A stretch of 64,000 nucleotides of DNA from Octopus bimaculoides (Eukaryota): NCBI RefSeq assembly GCF_001194135.2, contig NC_068992.1:66152050-66216049 (forward strand), given 5' to 3'. Position 1 is the stretch's first letter; each line of letters opens with the position of its first letter. The notes below the pieces were generated by a model. The model ran no database searches, had not been told where the DNA came from, and worked only from the letters and a program-made list of their open reading frames with translations. The position numbers and the translations under genes are program-made. Positions 28,401-38,004 of the stretch are shown piece by piece.

Positions 28401-28758
28401 TGCCCCCTACGTTCTGAGTTCAAATTCCGCCGAGGTCGACTTTGCCTTTCGTCTTTTCGAAGTCGATTAAATAAGAACCAGTTACGCATTGGGGTCGATC
28501 TAATTGATTTCATCCCTTTGTCTCTCCTTGTTTGTCCCCTCTGTGTTTAACCCCCGCCCTGTGGGCAATAAAGAAATAAAGAAATATACAGAGGAGGCAA
28601 AAAAAAAACAAAGTGGAGCAGGAATTCAAGAAATTATTCAGAAACCGGTGTGTGCGTGCGTGTTTGTGTGTGTGTGTGTGGAGAAAGAGAGAGAGAATTT
28701 GGACACGGGGTGTAAGTGGAACCTTACCTGGCCATTTGCGTCGTTCTTTGAAGTCCAT
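520..28758 (-). CDS. MTR: Cobalamin-dependent methionine synthase, whole-gene span (29 exons in window; 3' exons lie left of position 1)
   Basis: Manually assembled GT-AG exons give a continuous 3150-nt frame with the MetH hallmarks [20 protein letters not shown] and GGCCG (Zn ligands), [20 protein letters not shown] (B12-binding His motif), [16 protein letters not shown]. Phases match at all 28 junctions. Confidence 0.97.
2100..2255 (-). CDS. MTR: MTR exon 28 (PPTFFGTKK...[30 protein letters not shown])
   Basis: ttgcag| and |gtgagt; activation domain. Confidence 0.95.
2772..2847 (-). CDS. MTR: MTR exon 27 ([25 protein letters not shown])
   Basis: tttcag| and |gtaaga; phases fit neighbours. 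Confidence 0.9.
3611..4131 (+). mobile_element. 5'-truncated R4/Dong-like non-LTR retrotransposon (restriction-like endonuclease C-terminus) with (TAA)n tail
   Basis: KILWDF..QTDK...RRPDIV...IIDVAVP...KADKY...VIPIVI.ALG...[17 protein letters not shown]; one in-frame TAG at 3811. Confidence 0.85.
4143..4241 (-). CDS. MTR: MTR exon 26 ([33 protein letters not shown])
   Basis: atttag| and AAG|gtttgt. Confidence 0.92.
4942..5023 (-). CDS. MTR: MTR exon 25 ([27 protein letters not shown])
   Basis: ccaaag| and |gtaagt. Confidence 0.93.
6905..7025 (-). CDS. MTR: MTR exon 24 ([16 protein letters not shown]...LLIGGATTS)
   Basis: cttcag| and |gtaagt; SGL and GGA motifs. Confidence 0.95.
7200..7503 (+). 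mobile_element. 5'-truncated RTE 3'UTR copy ending in (GAT)n; similar copies at about 8050-8312 (+), 40335-40566 (+), 59885-60135 (+), 56088-56388 (-), 38605-38755 (-), 54060-54210 (-), 41432-41576 (+)
   Basis: Shared blocks aagcacccactacactct..gagtggttggcgttaggaagggcatccagctgtagaaac and caacccatgc..gcatggaaa..gacgttaaacgatgatg. Confidence 0.8.
7835..7902 (-). CDS. MTR: MTR exon 23 ([22 protein letters not shown])
   Basis: ttacag| and CTG|gtttga. Confidence 0.93.
8701..8804 (-). CDS. MTR: MTR exon 22 ([34 protein letters not shown])
   Basis: tcacag| and |gtaagt; DxHxxG cobalamin motif. Confidence 0.95.
10559..10696 (-). CDS. MTR: MTR exon 21 ([30 protein letters not shown]...KLN)
   Basis: ttccag| and |gtaagg; MFLPQV motif. 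Confidence 0.95.
11392..11490 (-). CDS. MTR: MTR exon 20 ([33 protein letters not shown])
   Basis: tgaag| and AAG|gtaagc; cap domain. Confidence 0.93.
12177..12266 (-). CDS. MTR: MTR exon 19 ([30 protein letters not shown])
   Basis: ccacag| and AAG|gtcatt. Confidence 0.93.
12415..12555 (-). CDS. MTR: MTR exon 18 ([16 protein letters not shown]...YAE)
   Basis: gaaag| and GAG|gtaagg. Confidence 0.95.
13571..13900 (+). mobile_element. tRNA-derived SINE (family C); related copies at about 11005-11340 (-), 54995-55290 (+), heads at 228-335 and 48490-48570
   Basis: tRNA-like head ggcgtgtggcttagtg...gagttcaattcc, then gtcttgagcaagacacttta and a shared tail. Confidence 0.7.
14062..14178 (-). CDS. 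MTR: MTR exon 17 ([39 protein letters not shown])
   Basis: ttgcag| and AAG|gtaaat; SNLSF.FRG motif. Confidence 0.95.
14241..14485 (+). mobile_element. R4/Dong-like LINE fragment, second subfamily
   Basis: [26 protein letters not shown]...; aligns with the 19926-20190 copy; follows a (TAA)n tract. Confidence 0.85.
14586..14765 (-). CDS. MTR: MTR exon 16 ([11 protein letters not shown]...[18 protein letters not shown]...VK)
   Basis: atgcag| and AAG|gttggt. Confidence 0.95.
14800..15115. repeat. Imperfect (GGT)n/(GAT)n triplet tract in MTR intron 15
   Basis: Directly visible; source of the poly-D/H/S pseudo-ORFs. Confidence 0.9.
15136..15321 (-). CDS. MTR: MTR exon 15 (VPLCVDSS...CFDEEGQ)
   Basis: ccccag| and CAG|gtgagg; VNSISLKEG motif. 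Confidence 0.95.
15370..15600. repeat. 18-bp minisatellite (AATGATGGGAATAACTAA)n in MTR intron 14
   Basis: About a dozen degenerate tandem units. Confidence 0.85.
15839..15979 (-). CDS. MTR: MTR exon 14 ([24 protein letters not shown]...DPDIAK)
   Basis: ttgcag| and AAG|gttcag. Confidence 0.95.
16121..16233 (-). CDS. MTR: MTR exon 13 ([38 protein letters not shown])
   Basis: ttctag| and GAG|gtgagg; folate-binding domain start. Confidence 0.95.
16825..16904 (-). CDS. MTR: MTR exon 12 ([26 protein letters not shown])
   Basis: tccag| and CAG|gtatgt; phases fit neighbours. Confidence 0.9.
17149..17216 (-). CDS. MTR: MTR exon 11 ([22 protein letters not shown])
   Basis: tttcag| and AAG|gtttgg; GGCCG motif. 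Confidence 0.95.
17665..17726 (-). CDS. MTR: MTR exon 10 ([21 protein letters not shown])
   Basis: gaag| and AAG|gtttgt. Confidence 0.93.
18040..18239. mobile_element. Penelope-like terminal remnant ending in a 98-nt hairpin of two tail-to-tail hammerhead-like units
   Basis: Hairpin 18142-18239 (46-bp arms, 2 mismatches); minus-strand unit AAAACTGT-CCAATGA-ACG ggaa CGT-GAAA-CTC t GAG-TA-ACAGTTTT. Confidence 0.6.
18307..18407 (-). CDS. MTR: MTR exon 9 ([33 protein letters not shown])
   Basis: cccag| and CAG|gtaagt; Zn-ligand GLNC. Confidence 0.95.
18929..19023 (-). CDS. MTR: MTR exon 8 ([31 protein letters not shown])
   Basis: cttcag| and |gtaaga; SGRTLSGQT motif. Confidence 0.95.
19795..19854 (-). 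CDS. MTR: MTR exon 7 ([20 protein letters not shown])
   Basis: ttttag| and |gtaagt. Confidence 0.93.
19926..20490 (-). mobile_element. R4/Dong-like LINE fragment, second subfamily (zinc-knuckle remnant plus RLE)
   Basis: RRHDN...[26 protein letters not shown]...IIDITCP...KVERY...[10 protein letters not shown]. Confidence 0.85.
21284..21390 (-). CDS. MTR: MTR exon 6 ([35 protein letters not shown])
   Basis: cttcag| and AAG|gtgaga; ETIFD motif. Confidence 0.95.
22200..22432. mobile_element. pogo/Tigger-like MITE
   Basis: Left TIR CAGTAATCCCTCGACTATCG; degenerate right TIR atgatatagcaaaagattact; subterminal repeats. Confidence 0.6.
23090..23182 (-). CDS. MTR: MTR exon 5 ([31 protein letters not shown])
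   Basis: ttgcag| and |gtaagt; GPTNKT motif. Confidence 0.95.
23703..23772 (-). CDS. MTR: MTR exon 4 ([23 protein letters not shown])
   Basis: tttgtag| and CAG|gtaatt; MetH homology. Confidence 0.93.
24600..24689 (-). CDS. MTR: MTR exon 3 ([30 protein letters not shown])
   Basis: aaag| acceptor, |gtaagt donor, ETNTF motif. Confidence 0.95.
25200..25399 (-). CDS. MTR: MTR exon 2 ([26 protein letters not shown]...IHK)
   Basis: ttctag| acceptor, AAG|gtaaca donor, Hcy-binding domain start. Confidence 0.95.
25690..25880 (-). mobile_element. Decayed LINE reverse-transcriptase fragment (CR1/L2/Jockey-like)
   Basis: [15 protein letters not shown]....[10 protein letters not shown]...L..FLE. Confidence 0.7.
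26370..27880 (-). mobile_element. Decayed DIRS1-like tyrosine-recombinase retroelement in MTR intron 1
   Basis: Frameshifted minus-strand peptides resemble DIRS YR motifs in the correct order: LTL..KRVQE, VFTFV, SLDDFCG...[16 protein letters not shown]. The CpG-rich block 26380-26900 is read as the terminal repeat region. Confidence 0.55.
28728..28758 (-). CDS. MTR: MTR exon 1 (probable), [10 protein letters not shown]-
   Basis: ATG followed by a strong CAG|GTAAGG donor in phase 1, matching the phase of exon 2; lies in a CpG-richer region. No protein homology support for this short peptide. Confidence 0.7.
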
Positions 28759-29300
28759 TGTAAAGGAACCGAAGTGGATTTATGAAGGAAACAGAGACGA
28801 GGAGAGAGAAAGGCAGAAGCGTGGATGGACTTGGGGTGAATCGACAGGAAGTGGAACGAATACAATCGGGCAGAGAGGGGATAATGAAATCGTAAATTAA
28901 GTTTATATATCAAGAGAGAAGTGATTAGATGTGATGTTTCAGGTTGGGCCCGTCATATGTGAACTATAAATGATAAGTTGGAAGACTGTGGATCAACTGA
29001 TTTATTGACAGGATAAACAAAAGACAAACGAAAATAAAAGATAGAAAGAGTGTGAAAGTTCCCACCTCCCTTTCTCTCACTTTCATGGTAACAAAAGTGT
29101 GACGGAGTCGACGACAGACTTTTTGTGATAAGGTAGAGACGGGCAGACGGTGGTGGTGGTGGTGGTGTTTGCAAAAATAAACCACGTTGCTACTATTAAA
29201 CGCAATTAAGGTCAACATCATCACTTATCTTCCCCCCAGGGATGAGGGTCATTTCGGTCCCCTGACTCGGTGAATTTGTGTTTAGAAGTTAAATAACGAT
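28759..29300 (-). promoter_or_regulatory. Probable MTR 5'UTR and promoter region
   Basis: Directly upstream of the probable ATG; locally CpG-richer than flanks; RFX-like half site CATGGTAAC near 29085. TSS cannot be placed from sequence alone. Confidence 0.35.
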
Positions 29301-31808
29301 ATCTTTTATATAAAAACTACGCCTTCAATTCGAAGACAACAGGAGATTGTGTGACGTTCATACCTTTCTCAACTCTACGCATATACACACTCATAAATAT
29401 ACAGGCTGTGTGGTTAGTAGCTTGCTTACCAACCACGTGGTTCCAGGTTCAGTCCCACTGCTTGACACCTTGGACAAGTGTCTTCACTATCTTAGTGAAG
29501 CCGGAGTGGTAGGGGAGGTGTTGGCGGTTTATATTACTAAGAAGTGCTCCTCATGTACCTATAAGCCTTGTACCTATAGCAGAAAGGATTATTATTGTTG
29601 TTGTTGTTGTTAAGGTGGTGACCAGGCAAAATCATTACAGCATCTTCAGAAAATGATTTTGTGGTATTTCTTTTGTTTCTTTACATTCTGAGTTCAAATC
29701 CCACCAAAGTCAAGTTTGCCCTTCTCCCAAGTTTCAGGCTTTTCTACTTATTTTAGAGACAATAATTAAGGATCATAATTAAGGACAATAATTAAGAGAA
29801 ATGTTGGAGCATGAAGCAAAACACTTTGTGGTATTTAGTTGCTGCCCTTTACAAAGCCAGCAATTTTGAGGGGAGGGGTTTAGCCAATACCACTGACCCT
29901 TAATAGTTAATTGGTAATTTATTTTATTGACCCTGAAAGGATGAAAAGCAAAGTTGACCTCAGCAAGATTTGAACTCAGAATATGAGGTGCAGGGGAATG
30001 ATTTCTAACTTAATTACAATTGGTGAAATAATCAATAATGTTAATGAACCCAGAAAGATGAAAGGCAATTTTGATAGAATGGGAACACAGAAAATCACTA
30101 AATACTCCAAGACATTTTCTACATTATTCTACAAATTCTGCCAGTCCACCATCTTGTCTCAGGTTTATTGTTTCCATCTGACATAATAATAATCCTTTCC
30201 ACTATAAACACAAGGCCTGAAATTTTAGGGAAGGGAGTAAGTCGATTACATTGAACTCCAGTGCCCGACTGGTACTTAATTTATTGACCCCCGAAAGAAT
30301 AGAAGGCAAAGTTGACCCCGGTGATATTTGAACTAAGATTTTAAAGACAAATGAAATGCCACAAAGCATCTTACTCGGCGTGTTAGTGATTCTGCCAGCT
30401 CACCTCTTTATCTTACATAATAATAATAATAATGAATATTAATAATGATAATGATGATGATTATTATAAACCAGCCTATTATTTAACGACCTCAATTATC
30501 AGGCAGTAATTGAGGTCAGTCTGAACATTAATAGTTACTGGCGTCATCTTCTGACACAGCAGGGTAAAACTGGGATTAAAGATAGAGCTGGGAATAGAAA
30601 CAGCTGAAACAAGGAGAACTTATTGGGACATGACTGTTATTGTCATTCATTGAGACACTGAGTCGTCTGTTTAAGTAGAACAGACTCGCACAAACACACA
30701 GCCATGCATGAACAGATATTAGCATTCACACACACCCACACATAATGATCCATTTTTTTCATGTCTGCATGAATCAGATGGATTTTGTTGAGGCAAACGT
30801 TCTATAACTGGATGCCCTTCCTGTTGCCAAATATCAGCTCTTTTCAATCTCATCTCATCTAAGTCATCCCATAGGACGCCCCATTTTATAAGGGTTTCGG
30901 TTGTGCATACTATAGGTGTCACAAGGTATTGCTCCATTTGGTCCCACAGTTTCCATCTAACTAGGAATATTAGGGTCTCATCCATTGTCTTGTATCCAAG
31001 ATCCTCTGCATGACATCCTGCTAGTTCAAAGCCAGGAATCTGATCTGTTAAGGTCCTGCCGATAAGGCCTTGCTGCCGACGCTTCTTTTCAAATGATGTA
31101 ATATTTCTCCATGGCCGGACATGTTTTTATGGAAGACTGGAAATGAAGAACATTGCTTGTATTATGGCAATGTGGTCAACTGGCTTGCTAGAAATAGTAG
31201 TTAATCTTTCTGAACAGCCTACCAACTTAAGAAGGGTGTATTAGTTAATGTAGTTTTACTTTAAAGACATGATAGTTACATCTGGAATACCTTTGATCAT
31301 TGATCGATTTGTTTAACCTGGGGCTAAGTAATAACAACAACTAAATTCTTGGTGATAGCTTTATCAGTTCATTCATTCTCGGGGTTAAAATGACTGGTTA
31401 ATCATGTCATATTTGACACAAGTCGTTCTCAATAAAGGTTAACTATTTACTACAAAAGACTAAATTTAGCTGAGAGATAACGAGGTCACTCTTTCTCCAG
31501 TCTCAAAAACATATCACACACACACACACACACAGCTCTCAGTGCTTGTGTTATTCTGACAGCTGTTCAAATTATTTTATGGAAGTGTCATTCCATTCCA
31601 TGTCAGAGTTCTGAACGTTTTGTGCCTGAGAACCTTTGTTAAACCATTTGAGGATTCTCTGTCAGATAAGAGAGTCATCAACATCAGTGTGCTGTTTCCT
31701 GCCAAAGGTAGGCCTGGACCTGAGGCAACTGAAGAAAGCCATCCAGGAAATAGGCATGGCAGCTAAAACCACCTCAAGATGGCTATGGTTGATAAGAGAC
31801 TGCAAATG

Positions 31809-32038
31809 AAGGCTGCGAGCTGGCAGAAACGTTAGCACACCGGGCGAAATACTTAGCGGTATTTCGTCTGCCCCTACGTTCTGAGTTCAAATTCTGCTGA
31901 GGTCAACTTTGCCTTTCATCCTTTCGGGGTCGATAAATTAAGTACCAGTTACGCACTGGGGTCGGTGTAATCAACTTAATCCCTTGGTCTGTCCTTGTTT
32001 GCCCCCTCTATGTCTAACCCCTTGTAGGCAATAAAGAA
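31809..32038 (+). mobile_element. Full-length tRNA-derived SINE (family A) with 17-bp TSD; other copies at about 28363-28580 (+), 21958-22180 (-), 7585-7800 (-), 10740-10965 (-), 48240-48460 (-), clusters at 29600-30410 and 49320-49720
   Basis: A box tggcagaaacgtt, B box gagttcaaattc; TSD ataagagactgcaaatg at 31792-31808 and 32039-32055. Confidence 0.85.
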
Positions 32039-34049
32039 ATAAGAGACTGCAAATGGGATTAGAATGATTTTATCGACCCCTGAAAAAGATGAAAGGCAGT
32101 GTTAACTAAGAATATTCTGGACCCTCTGACATTAATCCTGCAAACCCCATATAAATGTTGCTTTACTTACAAAAGTATTTATATTTCAGGGAGATAGGGT
32201 ACTTTGATTAAACGTCTAGAGATATTTCAGGTGTTTCTGCTAATGAGATTACAAATGATGAAACTATTTATCTGTTGTTTCTAGTGATAAGGTTAATACC
32301 CTGAAACACAACAGGTAAGGTGACGACCTTCTTTGTAAATATGTTACATTCTGCAGTGAACCAGTAAGTGGGTCAATGGGAACAGACGAATCAAATGCAT
32401 GTATGTACGTAGTGTAATAAGATAAAGCCAATCCACAGTGTCTTTATACACTGTCCACAGACTGTCTATATACCAGGTGGTGCATATATATATTTATCCA
32501 TTATTTATTTTATCATAAAATACAAAGTTTTTAGCTTTCAGGTAATAAAAGTCTACAGGTTGATTGTTATATTTATTGACAGCATTTTATATCTATTCAC
32601 AATTCAAAAGAAGCTGTTCTTTGCTTCCAACAAAGTTTTTAATCTTTTCTCAACTGAAGTTTGAATAATGGCTAAATACATTTGTACGTTGCATCCAGGA
32701 TATAAACAATTCACAGTCTCACTCAATAATAACAATGTTAAAAAAAAAGTTGACCATGGCAGGATTTGAACTCAGAATGTAAAGGGTCAGAACAAATACT
32801 GCAAAGTACTTTTTGTGATGCTTAAATGGTTGTATGTGGGAAGTGGAAGCATGGGAAACTTATTTGGAAAGTTCTTGATACAAAGTAAAGATGAATATGA
32901 ACAAACCTTTAATTGAAAGTCTAAGGTAAAGGAATTGGAGACAGAATAATGATGATGATGATGGTGGTGGTGGATTTAAGTTTCCACATGAAACATGTTA
33001 TCATCGTTTCGTTTTTGGAAATGAAAATTTTAGAAGAATAAAAAAGAAATAAGTGGAAATGTTGACGGTGAGTGTGTTAAATTATAAGGCACCAAAAGAG
33101 AATGACTCTCCCAAGAAACAAATGATTGAATAAACTGAAAAAAGACTAAATTCGGTTCCATATTGGTAACTGAGGTATTATAGAGTTAAATAAGAAGAAT
33201 GTTTAGCAGAGCAGGCAACCATTCTAACATGAAAAATGCCTCACACTGAATCCCATACATTACACACATGTTAACAGGGTGACACGGGGGGGNNNNNNNN
33301 NNNNNNNNNNNNNNNNNNNNNNNNNNNNNNNNNNNNNNNNNNNNNNNNNNNNNNNNNNNNNNNNNNNNNNNNNNNNNNNNNNNNNNNNNNNNNNNNNNNN
33401 NNNNNNNNNNNNNNNNNNNNNNNNNNNNNNNNNNNNNNNNNNNNNNNNNNNNNNNNNNNNNNNNNNNNNNNNNNNNNNNNNNNNNNNNNNNNNNNNNNNN
33501 NNNNNNNNNTCGTCCCAACAAAGAAATAAAAACAAACATATATTACTGAATATATTTGTATTTCTACCACAATAGGAAATGTTAGTGTCATCTTAATTAG
33601 CCAAACACCACACACACTCATCAAACACTACCACCACTCCACCTCCCTGCTCTAAACACTTTGTCCAATCTTCCCCCTCCCTCGTGCAGAACTGATATCC
33701 TTTGAAAATGCCTTGCTGCCCCCATCTTTTTTCTTCTGTGGTAGCCGTCACCCTACAACGGTTCCATCTTCACATCAATCCCTCTAGTTGAGACTGTGGA
33801 ATACAAGCATCATGGCCTCTACATCTCCTCCACTGACTTATAAAATCGAAATGAAGTGTCCAAATTCTTCCGAGAACGGTAAATTATGGTTTTTGTTCAT
33901 TGGGTTCATGTCTTTTACACATCCTGATCTCCATGTTCAATATTATTATCGTAAGAAGGATTGACGTCAAAGTTTGTGTCTTTGAATATTTTATTGGTTT
34001 AGAGTCACTTGATGAAAGCAAAAAAGAGAGAGAATCAGGAGGCCATCAT

Positions 34050-34385
34050 ACGGGTGCAGGTGTGGCTGTTGGGTAAGAAGCTTGCTTCCCAACCATATGG
34101 TTCTGGGATCAGTCCCACTCTGTCTTCCACTATAACCCTAGGCTGAGCAAAGCCTTGTGAGTGGATTTGTTAGACAGGAAATGAAACAAGCAATCATAAA
34201 TGTGTATGTGTCTTTATGTCCATGTTTACCCCACTCCCCCAATTGACAATCAGTGTTTTGTGTCTACATCCTTATAACTTAGCAGTTCAACAAAAGAGAC
34301 TCATAGGATAAGTACTAGGCCTAAACAAAAAAAAAAAAACAAGTACTAGAGACAATTCATTGAACTAAAAGTTCTTCGAGGTGTC
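34050..34385 (+). mobile_element. tRNA-derived SINE (family B) with an internal (TG)n tract; full copies also at about 52495-52860, 57110-57480, 62660-63030 (all -); halves at 790-945, 1627-1800, 13371-13545, 16556-16710, 29403-29487, 61235-61420
   Basis: Head ggctgtgtggtaag..ttcccaaccacatggttc.gggttca.tcccactg; second half is the reverse complement of gtttcagtcattagactg.ggccatgctggagcac. Confidence 0.75.
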
Positions 34386-34559
34386 AGGCTTTAAAAAATC
34401 TGTTCCAACAAATTCTGTCGACCTACTCAAGTATGGAAAGGTGGGTGTTAAATAATGATGGTGATAATGATGTTGAAAAACAGCCAGCTTATTGCAAGAT
34501 TCATTTTGATGTCTCCCCACCAACCTCACTTTCAGATGATGGCATTAATTTCTGGCTAT

Positions 34560-34700
34560 CATTATTCTGCAAATAGTTTTGGAAACTAAGAAAATTTGCC
34601 AAGACTTACATCTGTCATTTTGGTATGGCACACAGATGTGGGTGAACGTTTTCATTCATGAAACTATTAAAAGACAATAAAATGGCATTTCAGATTCTCT
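34560..34700 (+). mobile_element. Decayed hAT transposase dimerisation-domain fragment
   Basis: 34619-34663 reads FGMAHRCG*TFSFMK, similar to hAT FGSTYxCExxFSxMK. Confidence 0.45.
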
Positions 34701-35451
34701 GAGAGTCTCAGAACTAATTTAAACATTAAAAGCTGGCCAAATTTAAAAGTTTCATTAAAATATGTAACATTCATATTGTTAAACATATTTAATTATTATT
34801 TTGTATATAAAAAGTGCTACCTCTCTATCTATATCATTTTAACATATTCTACGTTAATTCAACTATCAAAGAACATTTTTTCCTTCCTCAAAGTTGTCAA
34901 TATTGTCTTTGTGATTTAACATTACATCATTTTATAATATCAACATCACACACCTCTTTTGCACACTGAATTTCCTACACTTGCTCTCTCTCTCTCTCTC
35001 TCACATACACACACACACTACACTTCTATATTTAATTTCTTCTGAACCTGTCCATCATTAATTCACTCTTCTCTGCCAGAAACCACAAACCCTGTTTACT
35101 CCCTCACCACCATTATTCTGTATACTTCTTCTTTGATAATCACACATTACTTTTTCCCTTCTGTTTTCCTTCTATCCATTTGACAAAGAACATCTCTTCC
35201 AAAAAAAAAAAAAAAGCTCCATGTATTTCAGACAGCACACCTTTTAAGAACAATTTACCAGAACATTAGATAAAGTGTTTCCTTTCTCTATTTAAAATAG
35301 TAAACGTGTAACTCAAGGGAGGTTTAGCAGCTGGTTTCAGCAGTTTGAGGCTCCTTGTCAGCTCTGTTGAAGTTAATTGATGTTTTATAGTTATAAAGTA
35401 ATATTCCTCGAAACAATGTCAGAATTTGTAGACCTATTCAACCGATGCATC

Positions 35452-35457
35452 TTTATT
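35452..35457 (-). terminator. Candidate DAP3 polyadenylation signal AATAAA (a second, proximal one at 35576-35581)
   Basis: tttatt on the + strand, downstream of the DAP3 stop. Confidence 0.5.
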
Positions 35458-35613
35458 AATAAACAAATATCAACTCATTGCAAAATGCACTGACTTTATA
35501 TTCGATGTCATTAAATTTCCAAAGAGATTCTTCAGATTTTGGAATGAAACAACACTGCAATAAACTGACCAATATTTTATTTTCTATATACAATCACTAA
35601 ATCAAAGACAGCA

Positions 35614-35699
35614 TCAACAGGAGGCACAGATTTTGCTCAGCTGCATTGGATTGTGGTCACTCAGGAAGATTAATTCTTTCTTGCCTTCTTCTGTTCTGG
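35614..35699 (-). CDS. DAP3: DAP3 last coding exon ([28 protein letters not shown])
   Basis: ttccag| acceptor; TGA at 35614-35616. Confidence 0.93.
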
Positions 35700-36086
35700 C
35701 TGGAAAATATGAAACAATAGGGATACATTAAAACATTACTATTTTTAAATCTCATCACAACAAGAGAGATATTCACCAACAGTACTTTGGAGTAAAGACT
35801 GTTTGCCAACATAACATGGCAGTCCTGGTCTAGGACGAATGTTGCTGTAATTTAGCTGAGTGGGGGTGCTAGATTCCCTTGTTTGAAAATATAAGGACAC
35901 AAATCGTGTTGTATAGCCAGCTGGAGACAATGTCTCCTGGGGCTAAATTACAGTAACATTTGTCCTAAACCAGGACTGCCATGTTATATTGGTAAACAGT
36001 CTTTACTCCAATAGGGAGACATATATATATAACAAAATGGATATGTAACAATGTGAATATATACATATAACAAGCTGGAAATAAAT

Positions 36087-36137
<51 letters not shown>

Positions 36138-37914
36138 ATATGATGGAAATATATATAGTGACAGTTGGCATTTAGCAAATCCATAACCAGTTAAAGATTT
36201 GTCCAGTTCCATCCTGTCTTTTGAATGGGAATCTTTTTTGAATGAAATATCAGTAAACATTCAGAAATGTCTCGGAGTGATTTACTTGCCCCCTTCCCTT
36301 GTAGAAACCCCTCACCAGGCACCACTTTGTACAGAAGTCACGTCCACAAACTTTGTTAAACATGCTATGTAGAAGAAAATGTTGCTAATCAATGAAGATC
36401 CTGTCCATAACCAAGACATCCATTTCCAGTTAATCACTTCATTAATTAAGCAATCAACTTTCCAACTTAATCACTTGCCTCCTGGTTTAATATTGTACTC
36501 CAACCTTTAATCCCAGGTTTGGTCTGCATTTTCTTTTTTACGTCTCAGTTTTAGAGACCCTTCAAAGGGGTTTGTGGCCCTTCTTTGTTTGGTGGTCATT
36601 GTCTTAGTTCAAAAGGTTGATTTTACTTTACATCCTTTCAGATTCATTACACTAATTACCAGTGATAGAGATAAACCAGATTCCCTCTCTTTTCACAAAT
36701 TCATATAAAATGGCCTCGAGTCAAACCAGAGAAACCATTGCCAGACATTAAGTTCACTGTAGCAGAGGTTTGAAACCAAATCCCTGGATACGTGGTCAGA
36801 CATCATGAGCAAGCTACAATAGTTTCACGTGATTGGTCTATTAAGCAGCCAATCAGCATCAAGCCATTGCATGATTCAATTTAGACAGGGGTTCCAAACC
36901 TTATGTTGCTTCTGGACCCCCTGAGAGCTATCTTATCATCTATGGAACCCATATATGCACATTAGCAAAAACTAACAATGAAACAATTTCGTTATATTCT
37001 TAACATAAATTCCAAATACAAATCTTGAAAATTTCAATAAATACAGGTGGTACCTCTCCTAGTAAATAAAATTTATATATGGACCCACAAATTACAATTT
37101 TTTACTTGTGGACCCCTGGGGGTCCATGTGGACTCCAGTTGGGAACCCCTGATCTAGAATCTTCTCCTGGTGTTCTATCAAAAGGCCACTTTTGGCAGTA
37201 ATTAATTGCAGAATGTTGAGGCAGTTGTGCCATATGTGTCTCCATTCTTGCCACACCAGACAGCCCACACAGATGACTCTAACAGATAACCAAGAACCTC
37301 TGTCACCATGAATGTAGTACAATTACTACCAGTTATGCTGGGTCAGCCACATGTTGCCGCATCTATAGTGTGTCATAAACTCCAAGCTGTATTTCTCTCT
37401 CCCAGTATGTAATTATTGCTGTTGTTATTTGTGAAAGACTGACACAGTTTGACTTTATGTGTGATAATAAAACCTTCTGTGAGACATTCACGAGTGTCAT
37501 TCAGTTACTTCTTCACACAGACCACAAAACACTTCCATTCAGCAACTCAGCAATCACACAGACCAGCCAACCCCTCTCCCAAGTAATGTCACTAATGCTT
37601 AAGGCTTTTCATATATTTTATGTTTCCATCTGTATGTTTTGTTAATATGAATGGGAAAGCAGAGAGCAGTGAAGGTCCTGGAGCAAAGCAACTCCACAAA
37701 TGCTGGTGTTATGATGAAGTGCATTTTATTAAGCATTGAGGTCGAATCATAAGGCTCATCATATATTTTAAATGTTGGTTTAGAACATGGATTAATCCTA
37801 TGTTTGGGCAAAGACTATCATTGAGGGTTATATTCCTGTGAACAAACACCATTTCATCTTCAAAGAATTGAATATTAAATAAAGCCAAATGTATTGAGAG
37901 AGAGAGAGAGAGAG

Positions 37915-37947
<33 letters not shown>

Positions 37948-37963
37948 NNNNNNNNNNAGAGAG

Positions 37964-38004
<41 letters not shown>

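Noticed and set aside
35600-35616. Selenocysteine read-through at DAP3 ...CASC-TGA
   Set aside because: Protein length matches the normal DAP3 C-terminus, another TGA follows three codons later, and no SECIS was seen.
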